DNA from: Fistulifera solaris
Taxonomy: Eukaryota
Reading direction: 5' to 3'
NCBI GenBank assembly: GCA_030295235.1
Contig: AP026162.1
Span: 248,001 to 312,000, forward strand
Length of the DNA: 64,000 nucleotides
The notes under the pieces were generated by a model. That model saw only the letters and a program-made list of their open reading frames with translations, made no database searches and was not told the DNA's origin. Made by a program: the position numbers and the translations under genes. Below are positions 36,403-48,487 of this stretch, one piece after another. Within the stretch, counting starts at the first letter, position 1; the number at the start of each line of letters is the position of its first letter.

Positions 36403-38127
36403 CTATCTTAGACCCAAAGCTTGACCTCCGCTGGTCGATTTCTTCAAAACAAACATTTCCAAAGCAGTAGCAGTCCGTGGTATAGCTGGCTTCGCCAACG
36501 ACATTCCTCCCGTACCTGAACTTCTCTGCAAGCCAAAGTTCGATAACGCTTGAGATCCACTGCGCAATCCAGGCGCTCCAATATCAAAAGTCGCATTTCC
36601 TTTGGGTGTGGGAGCCTCTGAGAAAGGATCCGATCCTTGTTGCATGGGACGAGGATGATACGCCATACGTCCGTCGCGGCCCCAAGCGCCGCCAGGACGG
36701 TCAAACTCAGCAAAAGTGGCATTGCGGGGGCCTCCAGGACCATCCGGTGCATGAGGCCGACCGAAAGATTTGAAGCTTTTCAGTTTGTTGACGTTCGCCC
36801 CCTTAAATTTCTTCGGGGATGGTGGCACGGAACTGCCTGGCATAGTGGATTGAGTAAAGCCGTCAAACTTGACGGAGCGATTTCTGCGGACACCAGCATT
36901 TGCGTTATCTACGTCGGACTTGTGATGAAGAACACTCGTCAATTTAAGTGCAGACGCACGTGCTTTTTGAATGCGGGGACCACTGCTATGATGACTGGTT
37001 GTCTGGTCGGACGTCAAGTTCAACGCGCTGCCGAAAGTAGAAAAGTTTGCTCCTGTCTGAGCGGCTCCATGAGATGAAGAAGAAGTCAATTCTAACGCAT
37101 CACCTGCACTTGCTTGGTATCCACTATCCGTAACTAAGGGGACCTCAGTTTTCGTGGCTGTTGCAACAGTTCTTAATACAACCATTCGTGCCTGTTCTAC
37201 CATCGATCCCAATAAATTGGCAGATGTCAGTCTAACTTCTAACCTCGTGATACCGGGATTGTGCATACTTGCATCAAAATTCGCTATGAAAGAATCGTTA
37301 GCGTTGTGCCTTCCATGGATCGAGTAGAGACGTTACGAAAATTCTTACCTGATATTGTGCCTGGGGCTCTGAGCGTCACTCTTTCTTCCTTGTCCTGCAC
37401 CGAGACATTCAAGGCAACTTCGAAAAGAAGCGGCAAAATTACTTCGCCTTCTTTGCATTGACTAGCAACCGAATCTGGTAGCTCAAGGGTCTTGTAGCTA
37501 GTAGCAGAATCAAGAATTTTAATACTGGACGAAAGCATTCGCATAAGCTTCGCCCGACTCTCATTGTCACCAGAAGAAAGGGAGTGACGAAGTAGTAGAA
37601 GCGTCCAGGCACGTACACGTGCGTCTACTAGTGAAGCGAAAGACCTCGACACGTTTTTCTTCACCGCATCAGAAGCGTAACAAATAGTTGATTTTGTCCA
37701 AGAAGTCACCTTGTCAATATTTTGTGCAGCTTTCAGCTCCGAATTTGCCACCCCTTCAGTAGCACCGGTTAAAACAGATGCCGTCATAGTGGGGCGTGGT
37801 TCCTCATTTGATTGAGGCAAACTAGGGTCGCGGTGTTCACCCACAACGGGCAGAGGATTCAGATCTTTGGCTTCATTCAATCCCATATCTAATGAGGGCA
37901 GCGTTAAAACAATTTCATGATCTTGTATCGTATCTGATACAAGCCTTAACACGGCTTTTTTCTCGAATAGCCTGCGGTAAACCGGAGGCGCTGGACCCGT
38001 CGGCTCTGAGACCTAGAAGGCCAGCGAAATCTCTCACTCTGCTTGCCCTAATCTTCCACATGTTCATATCGCCGCCTGTATCCATTTCGAAAGACTTCGC
38101 AACAGGTTCTGGAAATTTCATACTCAT
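36403..38127 (-). CDS. Hypothetical protein
   Basis: Three consecutive ORFs joined by intron 37284-37348 and a probable extra base in T-run 37956-37961 (REKAVLRLVSDT). Confidence 0.65.
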
Positions 38128-39842
38128 GTCGTTGCTTTTCGTTTTCGCAGCAACCAACTGCGAATATTTGTAACGCTTTTTCGAAGAAATAATGAAAGAA
38201 CGACCGCTTCAACGATGCAAGGGGGCAGATTGCGGATTGCGGGCACTGTGTGGCAGCAGCAGATCGCGGCTCGCTGCGCTTCTCGAGGTCTTCGCAACCC
38301 ACATCCATTATTCTGACGACTCCTCCTCGCCACCTCGCTCCACCTCTCGCGTGACGCGTTTTCGCAAAGACCGTGGCCGGTCATTGGTCGACTGGTGCGA
38401 CAGTTCACGAATGTCGACAATAAACCACAAAGTACCGATCAATGCCTTTTCAGCTGGAAAATACAAAGAACACATGATTAAAGTTTTGTTTCAGTATCAA
38501 ACGCAGTTTTGTAATATAGATCGTTAAAGTACCATCAAAAAAGATGACTGAAAAGCGACTACTTCACACGGAAAAGAAACGTGAAACACGCACTTAACAC
38601 TAACTTTCAAAGATGTGGGAACCGGAAAGACACAAAATGGCCAATATTATTATTTTTCCTATAAAATTAGGCGTTGAACTTTGAACTTCACTTCGACTTG
38701 AAGTACGTAGTAATGAAGAAAAGCCTACAGCCTACCGTCACCATAAACTAGAGGGAGACAGTCGAAGATAATCGAAAATACCAGAACGCAAAGCGGCGAG
38801 CGGCGAGCGGTAACATCCTTTTCTTTGACTAGCTAGCTCGACGCTCGACGCTCGACGCTGAACACCTGACTTCAACTGTAGTTCATGGGAATCAGTTCTT
38901 GATTCTTGTCCTGTCAAGAAAACTTTTTTCTCAGCTGAATGCGACTTTATGGCGACAAACCATCACCCATCTTCTATCTATCATCTATCTGCCCTTTGGC
39001 TTTTGGTCCGGGCGGGGGAGGCAATTAATGTGTTTCATGATGATCGATGACGGAGCAGTCATAAAGATGTCACACTGGGGTTGTCGCATGTTTTGAAATT
39101 TGCTGGGTATGGAATTTCTCCGAAATCAAACAAGTGAGAGTCATCTACTTGAAGACCAATTATTCCATCATTTCATTGGCAATCATGGCAACATATCAAC
39201 GCTGGGGTCCGAGCCTACACCAGGAAGACTAAATTGTAGTTTCTGAACCCAGTTAATGCTTGCTGGTGTGCGAGGTGCACTAGATGCTTTGAATGGTCAT
39301 TATGAACTCGAATCGTCAGGATGGAACATTGAGAGATTGCAATGAAAATAGATGATTTCGCTTTCTTGAACGCTTAACCAGAGCAATACCTGGTATCCGA
39401 GTAGTTTCCAAAGTACTTCAAAGACTCTCTTATATCTTCTCATCCTTGTCTCGCTTCATTGCTTGTGACTCTGCGAGCAACGGAACCCCAACCCGAAATT
39501 TAAAGCGCTATGAATGCATCCAAAGTAATTTGAGCCACCAGAGTAGGTCGTCTGCAATGATGATTAAGTCTTTTTCAGAGAAAGACACTCCTGCAGCTAA
39601 AGCTAGAGGTATGACAAGGCACATAGCCATAGGCACTGTTTGAACGGTCTGGACATCACCTCGCTCGGGACTTCGTGTCACGAATGCGAGTCAATGAAAG
39701 CCTCCACCGCCAATCAACATCATCCAACCGCGCAAAACCATGTTGTTGAAATATTGAAAATCCATTCGACTTCTTTTTCAATTGCAAGACGAACCAACTT
39801 CAAATCATTTCATCAAAATAGAAGAAACAGGAAAATAGAAAA

Positions 39843-40454
39843 ATGTCGGAGAAGGCTTTCCCATTAGCAGATGCCGAACTCACCATTGCGCTGTTGGATT
39901 TGATTCAGCAAGGTAAGATTTCATCACTTGAAAGCGTATCCAACGACTCGTTTCCGCACCTTACGGAATTTTTTATCCTCTCTTTCCCTCTAGCGACAAA
40001 TTATAAGGTAAGAGAAAACTCGGGAAGTTCTTTAGTCCTTCATTTTCCTAAGGCTCAATGCGTCTATCTCTTCGCTTGTTGCAGCAAACGAAAAAAGGAG
40101 CCAACGAAGCCACCAAAACTCTGAATCGTGGAATCAGCGAGATGATTATCATGGCCGCCGACGCGGAACCGATCGAGATCTTGCTCCATTTGCCCCTTTT
40201 ATGTGAGGATAAAAACGTTCCGTACGTTTTTGTCCCAAGGTAAGTCAGGGTGTCGAACAGGTGTTGAAATCACGTTGGTTTGTTTGGTAAATTCTCACCC
40301 TTGGGTATACTTGTTCTCCAGTAAAATTGCATTGGGCCGTGCTTGCGGTGTCTCTCGCCCGGTCATTTCGTGTTCCATCACGACGAATGAAGCATCTCAG
40401 CTCAAAAAGACGATCGACGACATGAAGATCAAGATTGAACAGCTTCTGGTGTAG
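39843..40454 (+). CDS. SNU13: SNU13/15.5K (L7Ae family K-turn-binding protein)
   Basis: KAFPLAD...[23 protein letters not shown]...[33 protein letters not shown]. Exons 39843-39912, 39994-40007, 40085-40239 and 40322-40454. Confidence 0.97.
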
Positions 40455-40746
40455 ACTGGTTCGGTTAGCTGGGGCAGCGGGGGTTTGTTTGGTTTTTTGG
40501 ATCGGTGGAATGGGAGAGAATGAGTGAATGTCACTTTTTCGGGGATGACTGGGTCTATTTGATTTACTTCAACGAACGTAAGATGGGCGGCGAGCAGTTT
40601 ATGTAGTTGCGGAGTCGATGAATCTCAGTGATCAACTCTGACAGATTTGTCAGAGCCGTGAGGGACGAGACATAGAATATGTTAAAAAAAGCGGACTAAT
40701 GATTATGTTTGCAATTATACTTATATCGTTATTTTGTTTATAGATC

Positions 40747-41542
40747 TTACAAAAAGTCGTCGTCACTATCGTCATCGTCATCAAAGGGGCTAAAAGAATG
40801 CTTCTCTGCCGGGCTCTCCGGAAGCACGGAAATGGGAGACTGATCCAAGATATGATTGGAGGACACACCATCATGAATTTCCTTGTCCTTGCTTTCCGTA
40901 ATGTCGTGTGCTGTCTTCGAGATGGGCGTCGAAGGCACTTGACTCGACGAAGGAGAGATCAAAGAAATTGCATCTTTTGATGCAGGTGCGCTCGCATCCG
41001 CAGCCTCAACAGTGACAGATCCCTTACTTTCCTGAAAGGAAGTCATGAGATCGGCCGGATCGTACTTGTGAAGTGCAATGCGCCTGTCAAAGACGAGAAG
41101 GAAATAGTTATGAGTTGTGTGTCAAACTGAGACAGAAAGAACGGCACAATTCCTTATCAACTTACCAAGCTTTCACCAGACCCTGCCAGCGTTTCTTGGA
41201 GATATCCAGAGTAGCATCCGGCGTAGAGGGAGTTTCCATACTCCGAATGCGGCGCTTCTCCTTGGGCACTTGCTGGGTGTAAGCGTGATATCCGGCGGTA
41301 TTCTTTCCTTTCGCAATGTCCTTCTTCCTCTGTTCAATACGTTTCAAATGCTCGGGATCCTTGGGATCCAGTTTGTTGAACTTTTCTTCTAGCGCCAATG
41401 GCTTGGAACGTTTTCTCTGACGCCGCTCGCTGCCATCGGAACCTTTGCTGCCCGAACTGCGGCTGCCACGACGTTTTACCAAAGCCCTGGGAGTGCAATT
41501 CACCAAGGGTTCCTCCATTTTCGAATCAGCAAGAACTTCCAT
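40747..41542 (-). CDS. SLBP: Histone mRNA stem-loop binding protein
   Basis: R.K.I..GKNT.GY..Y...VPK..R....P.TPD.....SK.RW.G.VK.WR.ALH.YD RNA-binding domain. Intron 41084-41165. Confidence 0.9.
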
Positions 41543-41790
41543 CGTTGCGATTTGACAAGGTATGTACCAAAAGACGTTTTATAATGCCATAAGCTACAAA
41601 ACGAATGAATGGGTTGAGTTCTCTGTTTGTGTCGTCCTTGTCCTTTCCAAGAAAACGAGGCCGGCGTTGGGAAGGAGACGCGGACGCGCACCTCTCTCGT
41701 ATACTTTGTACTCAAGGCCACGACATTTGAATTTTGGGCGCGATGGCGGGAGACAAAGCGCGCCGTCAACATTTCAACCTGACCAACAAT

Positions 41791-41843
41791 TCATGATTGA
41801 AACGCAGTCGTGGTTACAGTAAACAACACTTTGGATGATAGCT
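41791..41843 (-). promoter_or_regulatory. Solo copy of ~55-bp tripartite intergenic element
   Basis: Reverse complement reads AGCTATCATCCAAAGTG...CACGACTG-CGTTT-CAATCATGA with 37-nt spacing. Confidence 0.5.
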
Positions 41844-42188
41844 CGGAATGACGGCGTTCCGCCAAGGTTTAGACAAGAAATAAAGACGTGCATTAAAATA
41901 CTGTTGCAATACAATTCATTGTAATAGCGAATGAGACTCATGAACGGAGGTTATGCAGCAGTTCCAATCATCAGCAAAATCATTTTCGTGACGGAATGTA
42001 GTCGTGTGTCATGTACTTCATAGAGAATAGAGACGTCATTTTCGAAGTGGTACCTCGCTGTGGTACTCGACAAAAAGATAGGGGAAAGTGGAACGATTTA
42101 TTTTCTGTTTGTTCGCCTTCGAACTTCGAACCTTGTTACCTTTCATTTTATTCATCTGACAATTCTTCTATGTTACACTATAAATAGG

Positions 42189-43440
42189 ATGATCTTTGTC
42201 GAAAACATGTCGCGAGTCATTCGTAATACGCTTCGACGTGGGCGGACGGACCACCACAATGAAACTACGGAGAATGAAGAATCAACACTTCTGCGAAGAT
42301 CGAGCTACACACCATCGCTTTCCGGCACATACGAAGGATTTGAGCAATCTTTTACGGCCTTCCAGCTCTGTATTTTCCACGTGATTTGCTATTATATTAT
42401 TGCGGTTCTCTGTTTCAGCTATTTCTTCGAAAACTGGACTATTATTGATTCACTCTATTTCGCAACGGTTCTATTTACGACAATCGGCTTTGGTGATTTG
42501 AGTCCGTCAACTTGGACTGGGCGTATCTCGGTCATCTTCTTGGCGATATATGGTATAGGTTTGCTGGGGATTTTCCTCGGTATTGCCGGACACAACCTGA
42601 TGGAGTATCAAACCAAATTATGGGATCGACAACGAAAAGATGTCCGTAGCAAAATACTGCGCACCGTAGAACAAGCAGCGCTCGATAGAAAAGAGACTGG
42701 AGGCATTCAAGCGTCAGAACGATTTGAAAGCGAACGTGCAGTTAATGTTTCTTTGTTTCGGGATATTGCGCAAGTCGCACTTGCCGAAAGTCCCATTTTA
42801 TTTGTTGTTCTGATGGGTGGGGTAATGCTGGGACATGCGGAAGGATGGAACATGTTTGAAAGGTAAGCGCGCCAATAAATGGTGACATTGAAATATCAAT
42901 GTACGGTTCGACTCAAACGCTTATTTTAGTATCTATTTCACCGTTACAGCTGGGACTACCATTGGTGAGTTGTTAGTCTTTCCAAAGAGTGAAGTATGCT
43001 GTGCATCAGTTGCTAAAATAAATGATGTTTTCTCGGCAGGCTTTGGTGACTATCATCCAGATCATCCCCTGGTTCGACTTGCGTGTTGTTTCTTTCTTCC
43101 TCTTCTCGTGGCAGTTCTGGGGCAGTTTCTCGCTGCGGTTGCTTCGATTTACATGAAACGTCAACGCCGGCGTGCAGAGCTAAAGTTTCTTACTCGAACC
43201 ATGACCATTTATGACATGCAGGCTATGGACGAGAACAACGATGGTGAAGTTCAAGAATCTGAATTCCTTGCTTTCATGCTCGTGGCACTCAATAAAGTAA
43301 ACAAGGAAGAGATTGCGGAAATAATGTCACTCTTTGATAGACTAGACGTGTCAAAGTCGGGTACCATTGACATGAAAGACCTTGTTGTCAGTAAATCCGA
43401 GATCTTCCGTGGGGTACTGGGCGATTCTACCGTCCCATAA
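42189..43440 (+). CDS. Two-pore potassium channel with C-terminal EF-hands (TPK-like)
   Basis: Two TTIGFGD pore loops, the second assembled across introns 42863-42929 and 42965-43039. EF-hands DENNDGEVQESE and DVSKSGTIDMKD. Confidence 0.9.
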
Positions 43441-43634
43441 AGGAGGAGCTGAATAGATGATATTCTAGTGCACGGGCCATCCCTTCTTTGCCCACAAACG
43501 TTCCTATCGGAGGGCAAATATTTCGTTCTTCAAACATAACACGAAGCCTTATTTTGCACTACGAAAGTGATAATTTAATCAATGGACTGAGTGTGTTTTT
43601 CAGGCTCAAAGGTCGCTGCTAGCGATTAAACGTT

Positions 43635-44690
43635 CTACTTCGAGTGAACACCGCCCTCCTTTGAAAAATATTTGTCATGGAGGTACTGTCCTGAGGTGGT
43701 TGGCTCATACTTGGGAGGGTTTTCTTTTGAGCAACATATATCAAGAGGGACGATGGGAACATCAAAACCTGGTTCGTAGAAGAAAGGTACGGAATACCTT
43801 TCCGATCCACCCTGAAGGACGACCCTATGCGGTGTCGAGCGAAACAAACCATTCGACAAACGCTCCAACATATCTCCCAAGTTCACCACGAATGCACCAT
43901 TCCGATGAGGAACATCGATCCATTGACCAGTCTTTAGCAACACTTGCAAGCCAGGCGTTCCATCCGTACGTAACACTGTAATCACCGGCCCATCTGTGTG
44001 TTCATCAGCTCCAAATAATCCTTCCTCCGGTACACTCTTAACATCTCCATAGTGAAGCAAACTTAATGCAGTCATCGGGTCCTCAAACGTTTTGTCGAAT
44101 GAGCCCTTTGGTAATCCCAGAGCTAGGGCCAAGCTGAAAATAAAGTAGGATTGCGATAAGTCAAACAAGCAAGTAGAACTGCCATTGATGTTACTTGTCA
44201 CGGATAAACATACTCACAGCTGCACCAATCGAAAGCAAAGCTCACACATCTTATCATGGTACGATTCTATCACGCTGCGGAATTTCTCACAATCAGCCAT
44301 GTCAGGAGTGAGCTCAGGCGAAGGCATCACATTTGACCCCTTGAGCTTTGCAACGTTATACTCAGGGTGATCAGCAGGGAAGTGTCTTCCTACATAGAAC
44401 CCTTCCTTGGTGTCGCCGTCCGCGTCGGCTCCATAAGCGATCTTTCCGTCCAGGGTGAAGTATCCTCTGATGAGAGCAGGGTTGCTGAGCGCTTTCTTGG
44501 ACGGCTTCGAGAGACTGAAAAAGAGCTTGGATTGCTCAAAGACATCAGTGATTAGCTCCTCCTCAATTCCATGATCCTCGAGGTAGAAAAAGCCAACTTC
44601 GATACATGCGGAACGAAGGCGTTGCACGGTTTCCTCCGAATCGCTGTCGCGTAGAGAAATCGTAGGGATCGCGTCATCTTGAATACACAT
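43635..44690 (-). CDS. 2OG-Fe(II) oxygenase (IPNS/DIOX-like)
   Basis: IPTISL, AC..VGFFYL..HG, HTD, VVNLGDMLE..SNG.F.ST.HRV, RYS.PFF. Intron 44134-44217. Confidence 0.92.
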
Positions 44691-45038
44691 GGTGGGAGTG
44701 GAGCTAACTCAGCTGCAACTTTTGATCGTTCAGAGAGGCAGTTATTGATGCTAGGATGGCACCGTTCAAAGCAAGTATCCTTTTCAGTACAGATCTCTTT
44801 TTGTGCATCGTGCATCGGCCGAAGGTTGATACCCATCCGTCGAGCCTCGTCGAGCCTCGTCGAGACCCGCACACAATAGGCAAAAACGACGTGAGGCGAG
44901 GAAGAATCACGTGCTTGAAAGATATCCTTGATCCTTGCGTCTTAATTCTCAATGCTTTGAGAAGGAATAAAACAAGACTTGTCTTATTGCAGGCAAAATA
45001 CGTTCGTCATCTTCATTATTTGTACGCTTTACCTGGTA

Positions 45039-45636
45039 CGCAACTACTATTTGCGTCGAAAAGCATCCGTATCGTCGACTGCAATTTTTACTATAATGGT
45101 AAAGTCTTGGTTCTACGCGATCGCGACTTAATTTCAGTCACTTGAAACTTGAAACGCCACCTAAGCAATGAGAGCAGCTAAAATGTCCACAAACAAAAGC
45201 GCGAAGTGTATAATCAAATGCCATGGAAAATTCTTCAATCGAAACGCAACTATTTGCAACGAAAAGCATCCGTATCGTCGACTGCCATTTTCACTATAAT
45301 GGTAAAGTGTTGGTTCTACGCGATCGCGACTTAATTTCAGTCACGATCAACATAATGAAACAATATTGAAACGCCACCAAAGTGGTCCTGGAAACGAAAG
45401 CGCGAAGTGTACAATCAAATGCCATGGAATACCCAATATATAATCTAGCTATCATCTTCAATCGAAACGCAACTATTTGCGTCGAAAAGCATCCGTATCA
45501 TCGACTGCAATTTTCACTATAATGGCAAAGTGTTGGTTCTACGCGATCGCGACTAAATTCAGTCACTTGAAGCTTGAAACGCCACCTATTAAGCAATGAG
45601 AGCACCTTAGTTGTCCACAAACAAAAGCGCAAAGTG
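45039..45636. repeat. Tandem array of three ~200-225-bp units, each containing the tripartite element
   Basis: Marker AAGCATCCGTATC at 45061, 45264 and 45487. Each unit has ACTATAATGG(T/C)AAAGT, the palindrome CGCGATCGCG and TTCAGTCAC. Confidence 0.9.
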
Positions 45637-45924
45637 GAGTTTGTGGAGTTCGAAAAGATCATTTATCGGGACTCATTTATGGTCGACTATTCATCCTTTT
45701 TAAGGCACATATCAATCGTTGCAAAAAGTAATATGCGCTTTCGATGAACTTCAAAGGAGGAGAAAGAGGAACAATTCGACTCGTAGAAATTCCCAAGAAC
45801 TTTACTTAGCCCCGCATAGCGTTTCCGGCGCCTCACGAATTGCAATCAAACATGATTATCTTTACTATCCTATTCTTCTAATTGATGTCCCAACACGACT
45901 TTGATTTTGATTGCTACCCAGTCA

Positions 45925-46225
45925 TGTCCAACATCGACCCATTTCAAAGTCTTTGTCAGCACTTGCAATAAGGAATATTGTAATCCCATACAAATCTGTA
46001 TGTTCACCAGCACCATACAGTCCTTCATGCACTTGACGTCGGCATAACAAAGTAGAGCTAGCAAAGTGAGCGGGTCTTCGAAATAATTATCAAAATCAGA
46101 GCGGTGGCCCACCTGACAAGAGGACCGCGACGAGATAAGAAAGACAAACATCACTGTTCCAGTTTGCATCGATCGCTGTACTCCCTGTTGTACGAGTCGA
46201 AAGCTCAATGCACATTTCTGGGTGG
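45925..46225 (-). pseudogene. Degraded paralog of the neighbouring 2OG-Fe(II) oxygenase
   Basis: Fragments in mixed frames: CALSFRLVQ, FDNYFEDPLTLLALLCYADVK, EGLYGAGEHTD and LQVLTKTLKWVDV. These match CELCFRLVQ, FDKTFEDPMTALSLLHYGDVK, EGLFGADEHTD and LQVLLKTGQWIDV of 43635-44690. Confidence 0.8.
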
Positions 46226-46345
46226 TACGTGGGGTACTGGGCGATTCTACCTTCCCATAGGGTAGACGCTGACCAGATAATCTAGAGTCCACGGACCACC
46301 CGCCACAAAATTCTCTTGTTGAACAATCCGCTTTCACAAACTGTT

Positions 46346-47942
46346 TCAATTAAATCGAGGACTCGCCGCCAATCCCCGTGCCCCGGTTCCGTGCATCATG
46401 TTCATATACTGCCAGCGTTGACGCCGTTCTTCGCCTTCAGGATCATTCCCCACACGACGATAAAACTTTTCTTGGTCTAAATCCCTGCTAGAAAATTGGG
46501 ATCGGCTACTCGTCCAGCTGCTGTCCAGACTTGGTCTTCGGACTGATTCTGTGACAAAGAACTTGCTCATTTCAAGTTTTTCGGCTGAAGTAACATCTAT
46601 GCAGGGGGGTGAACGTCCAGACTTCAATGTTTCTGACTTGAAATGTTTCGGTGTGATCACCAGCACCGCACAAACCCGGACTACCGAAACTTTCACTCGG
46701 GCTCGTTGTGCCCGTAATCAAATCATCGCTTAGTGCAAGAGCGAAGCCCATTTTCTCCGTCATTTTAGCAAGTTCGTGTAGATTGTCGAATTCATCAAGA
46801 GATGGTGCATGATCATCTCCTCCAACAGCTAAAATATCGTGCCTGCAGATTTGCATCATCCCATCAGCAGGACCGCTATAATGATAGACATCAATTTTTG
46901 ATTCGAGAGCAGCTTGATCAAAGAGTGAGTAGCACTTGGTGAGTCTTGACTTTTTCATCCTCCATACAAACGAAGGCTTCGAACCAAAGAATCCAAAATG
47001 GTTCCCCCAAGCTTCCGAGGTAAAGCTTCCAAAGACGTCTCCTTTGTTCGTTTCAATTGCCAGTATAGTGTTGGGGGACGCGCGACAATACATCTTTAAC
47101 GTCTCGAGCGACGCTCCGTCGCGAATTAACGAAAACTTCAACCAATAATTTTGGTTCATCAACGGAGATGGTATATGGCTCATGAGAGCGTCCATCAGCG
47201 GGGGCGACAACACATGGGGCTGTGCACTCGTATCGTCCGCTGATGTTCCGATAATCTTAAAGGCGTTGTGGTCCGATGTATTTCCGTTCAAGATATCAGC
47301 AATCGTTTCGGTACGATTATAGTCAAGCCCAAAGTCTTTGGCGTATTCGTCTTTCAGAATCTCCCACGCGGAAAAGTCACTCCGAATCGTATCTTCATCC
47401 CAAGACGAATCACTGGAACAAGAATCCTTATCGTCTTTTCGTACTTCTTCGTCGGACGGAATATCGTCGCCGTCTTCTTCCAACGACAGTTGCTGTCTCC
47501 AGGGTTGAGCCGTCTGTGTATCCTCGACGCCGTGAAGGGAGCTCCTTATAACTAATGCTTTGGGATTGACTCCATCTTCGTGCGCTTTCCATAAATTCCA
47601 TAACATATATTTTCTTCTGTTTGGCTTTAGATCGCGTTTGTTGTTGAGCAGATCGTCAGGAATGGAAAACAGAACATCATCATCGAGCTTTCTCGCGGCC
47701 TGCTGAAGAAGTCGAGTTTTCTCACTGGCCTCTCGGGCATATGTATCGGGCGAGTTGGACGGATCTACATCATCCACCAGAAGTGCATGCAGAAACACTT
47801 TTTCGGCGGACGATAGGGACGGAATACGACGGAGCACTTTGGTTTGTAGTAGTTGCCGAGCTTCTTGCACTTGTTCGGATAGTTTGTCGCTCGACGAAAG
47901 ACTGGAAGAAAGATGTTGTAAAGTAGCTGCTTCTCCGCTCAT
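46346..47942 (-). CDS. TLDc-domain (OXR1-like) protein
   Basis: W.LKFSL.RDGASL.T, ILAIET..GDVFGSF, FFG....FVW, FALAL.DDL..G, F.V.NIEVWTFTP. Extra base in G-run 46604-46609. Confidence 0.88.
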
Positions 47943-48487
47943 GGTGTATTGTTGCTGTGCTTTGTGTATTGGTTTAAAGTTTGTTTAGTGTAGTTTGGTT
48001 TGTTATCTTGTTGGAATGAATGTAAGGAACTTTACTGCTTCGCAAATGTCGTTCCACGCAAGAAAGAACGGTGCTGTCAAACGACGAAAGAACAACGTCG
48101 AAAACGACGAGGGTGCGAGAACGCGTTCGCATCCGAAGCTGTTGCACTGTAACGCAGTGTGTATCCATGCGTTCGCGTTCTGTTACTTATCAGTGTCTAT
48201 TCATTGTCTCTCCGCTACTCACATAGTTACGTTTGTCGCACGAAAAAGACGTTAATCAGCGTTATAACTAACATTTAATATTACAGTAAAAATAAATGAA
48301 CGTTATATTTAACACTTTATCATACAGTAGAGGGCCGCCGGCGCGAAACGTGACAAACGGCCAAAAGAAGCAACAACGACAACAACAACAAAAACTTTTC
48401 CGAAACCATCATCGTGCGGATAGAAAGACGAATAAACCAGCAATAAGAAACAGCAATCGCCATTCCATTCAATAAACACAGAGAGCG

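Noticed and set aside
39040..39700. Possible decayed coding sequence on the minus strand
   Set aside because: It has multiple stops and no recognisable family, so it cannot be supported without a search.
40610..40660. Box C/D or K-turn-like motif and hairpin (CTCTGACA-GATT-TGTCAGAG) 3' of SNU13
   Set aside because: Box C is imperfect and no closing stem forms. The hairpin alone is not diagnostic.
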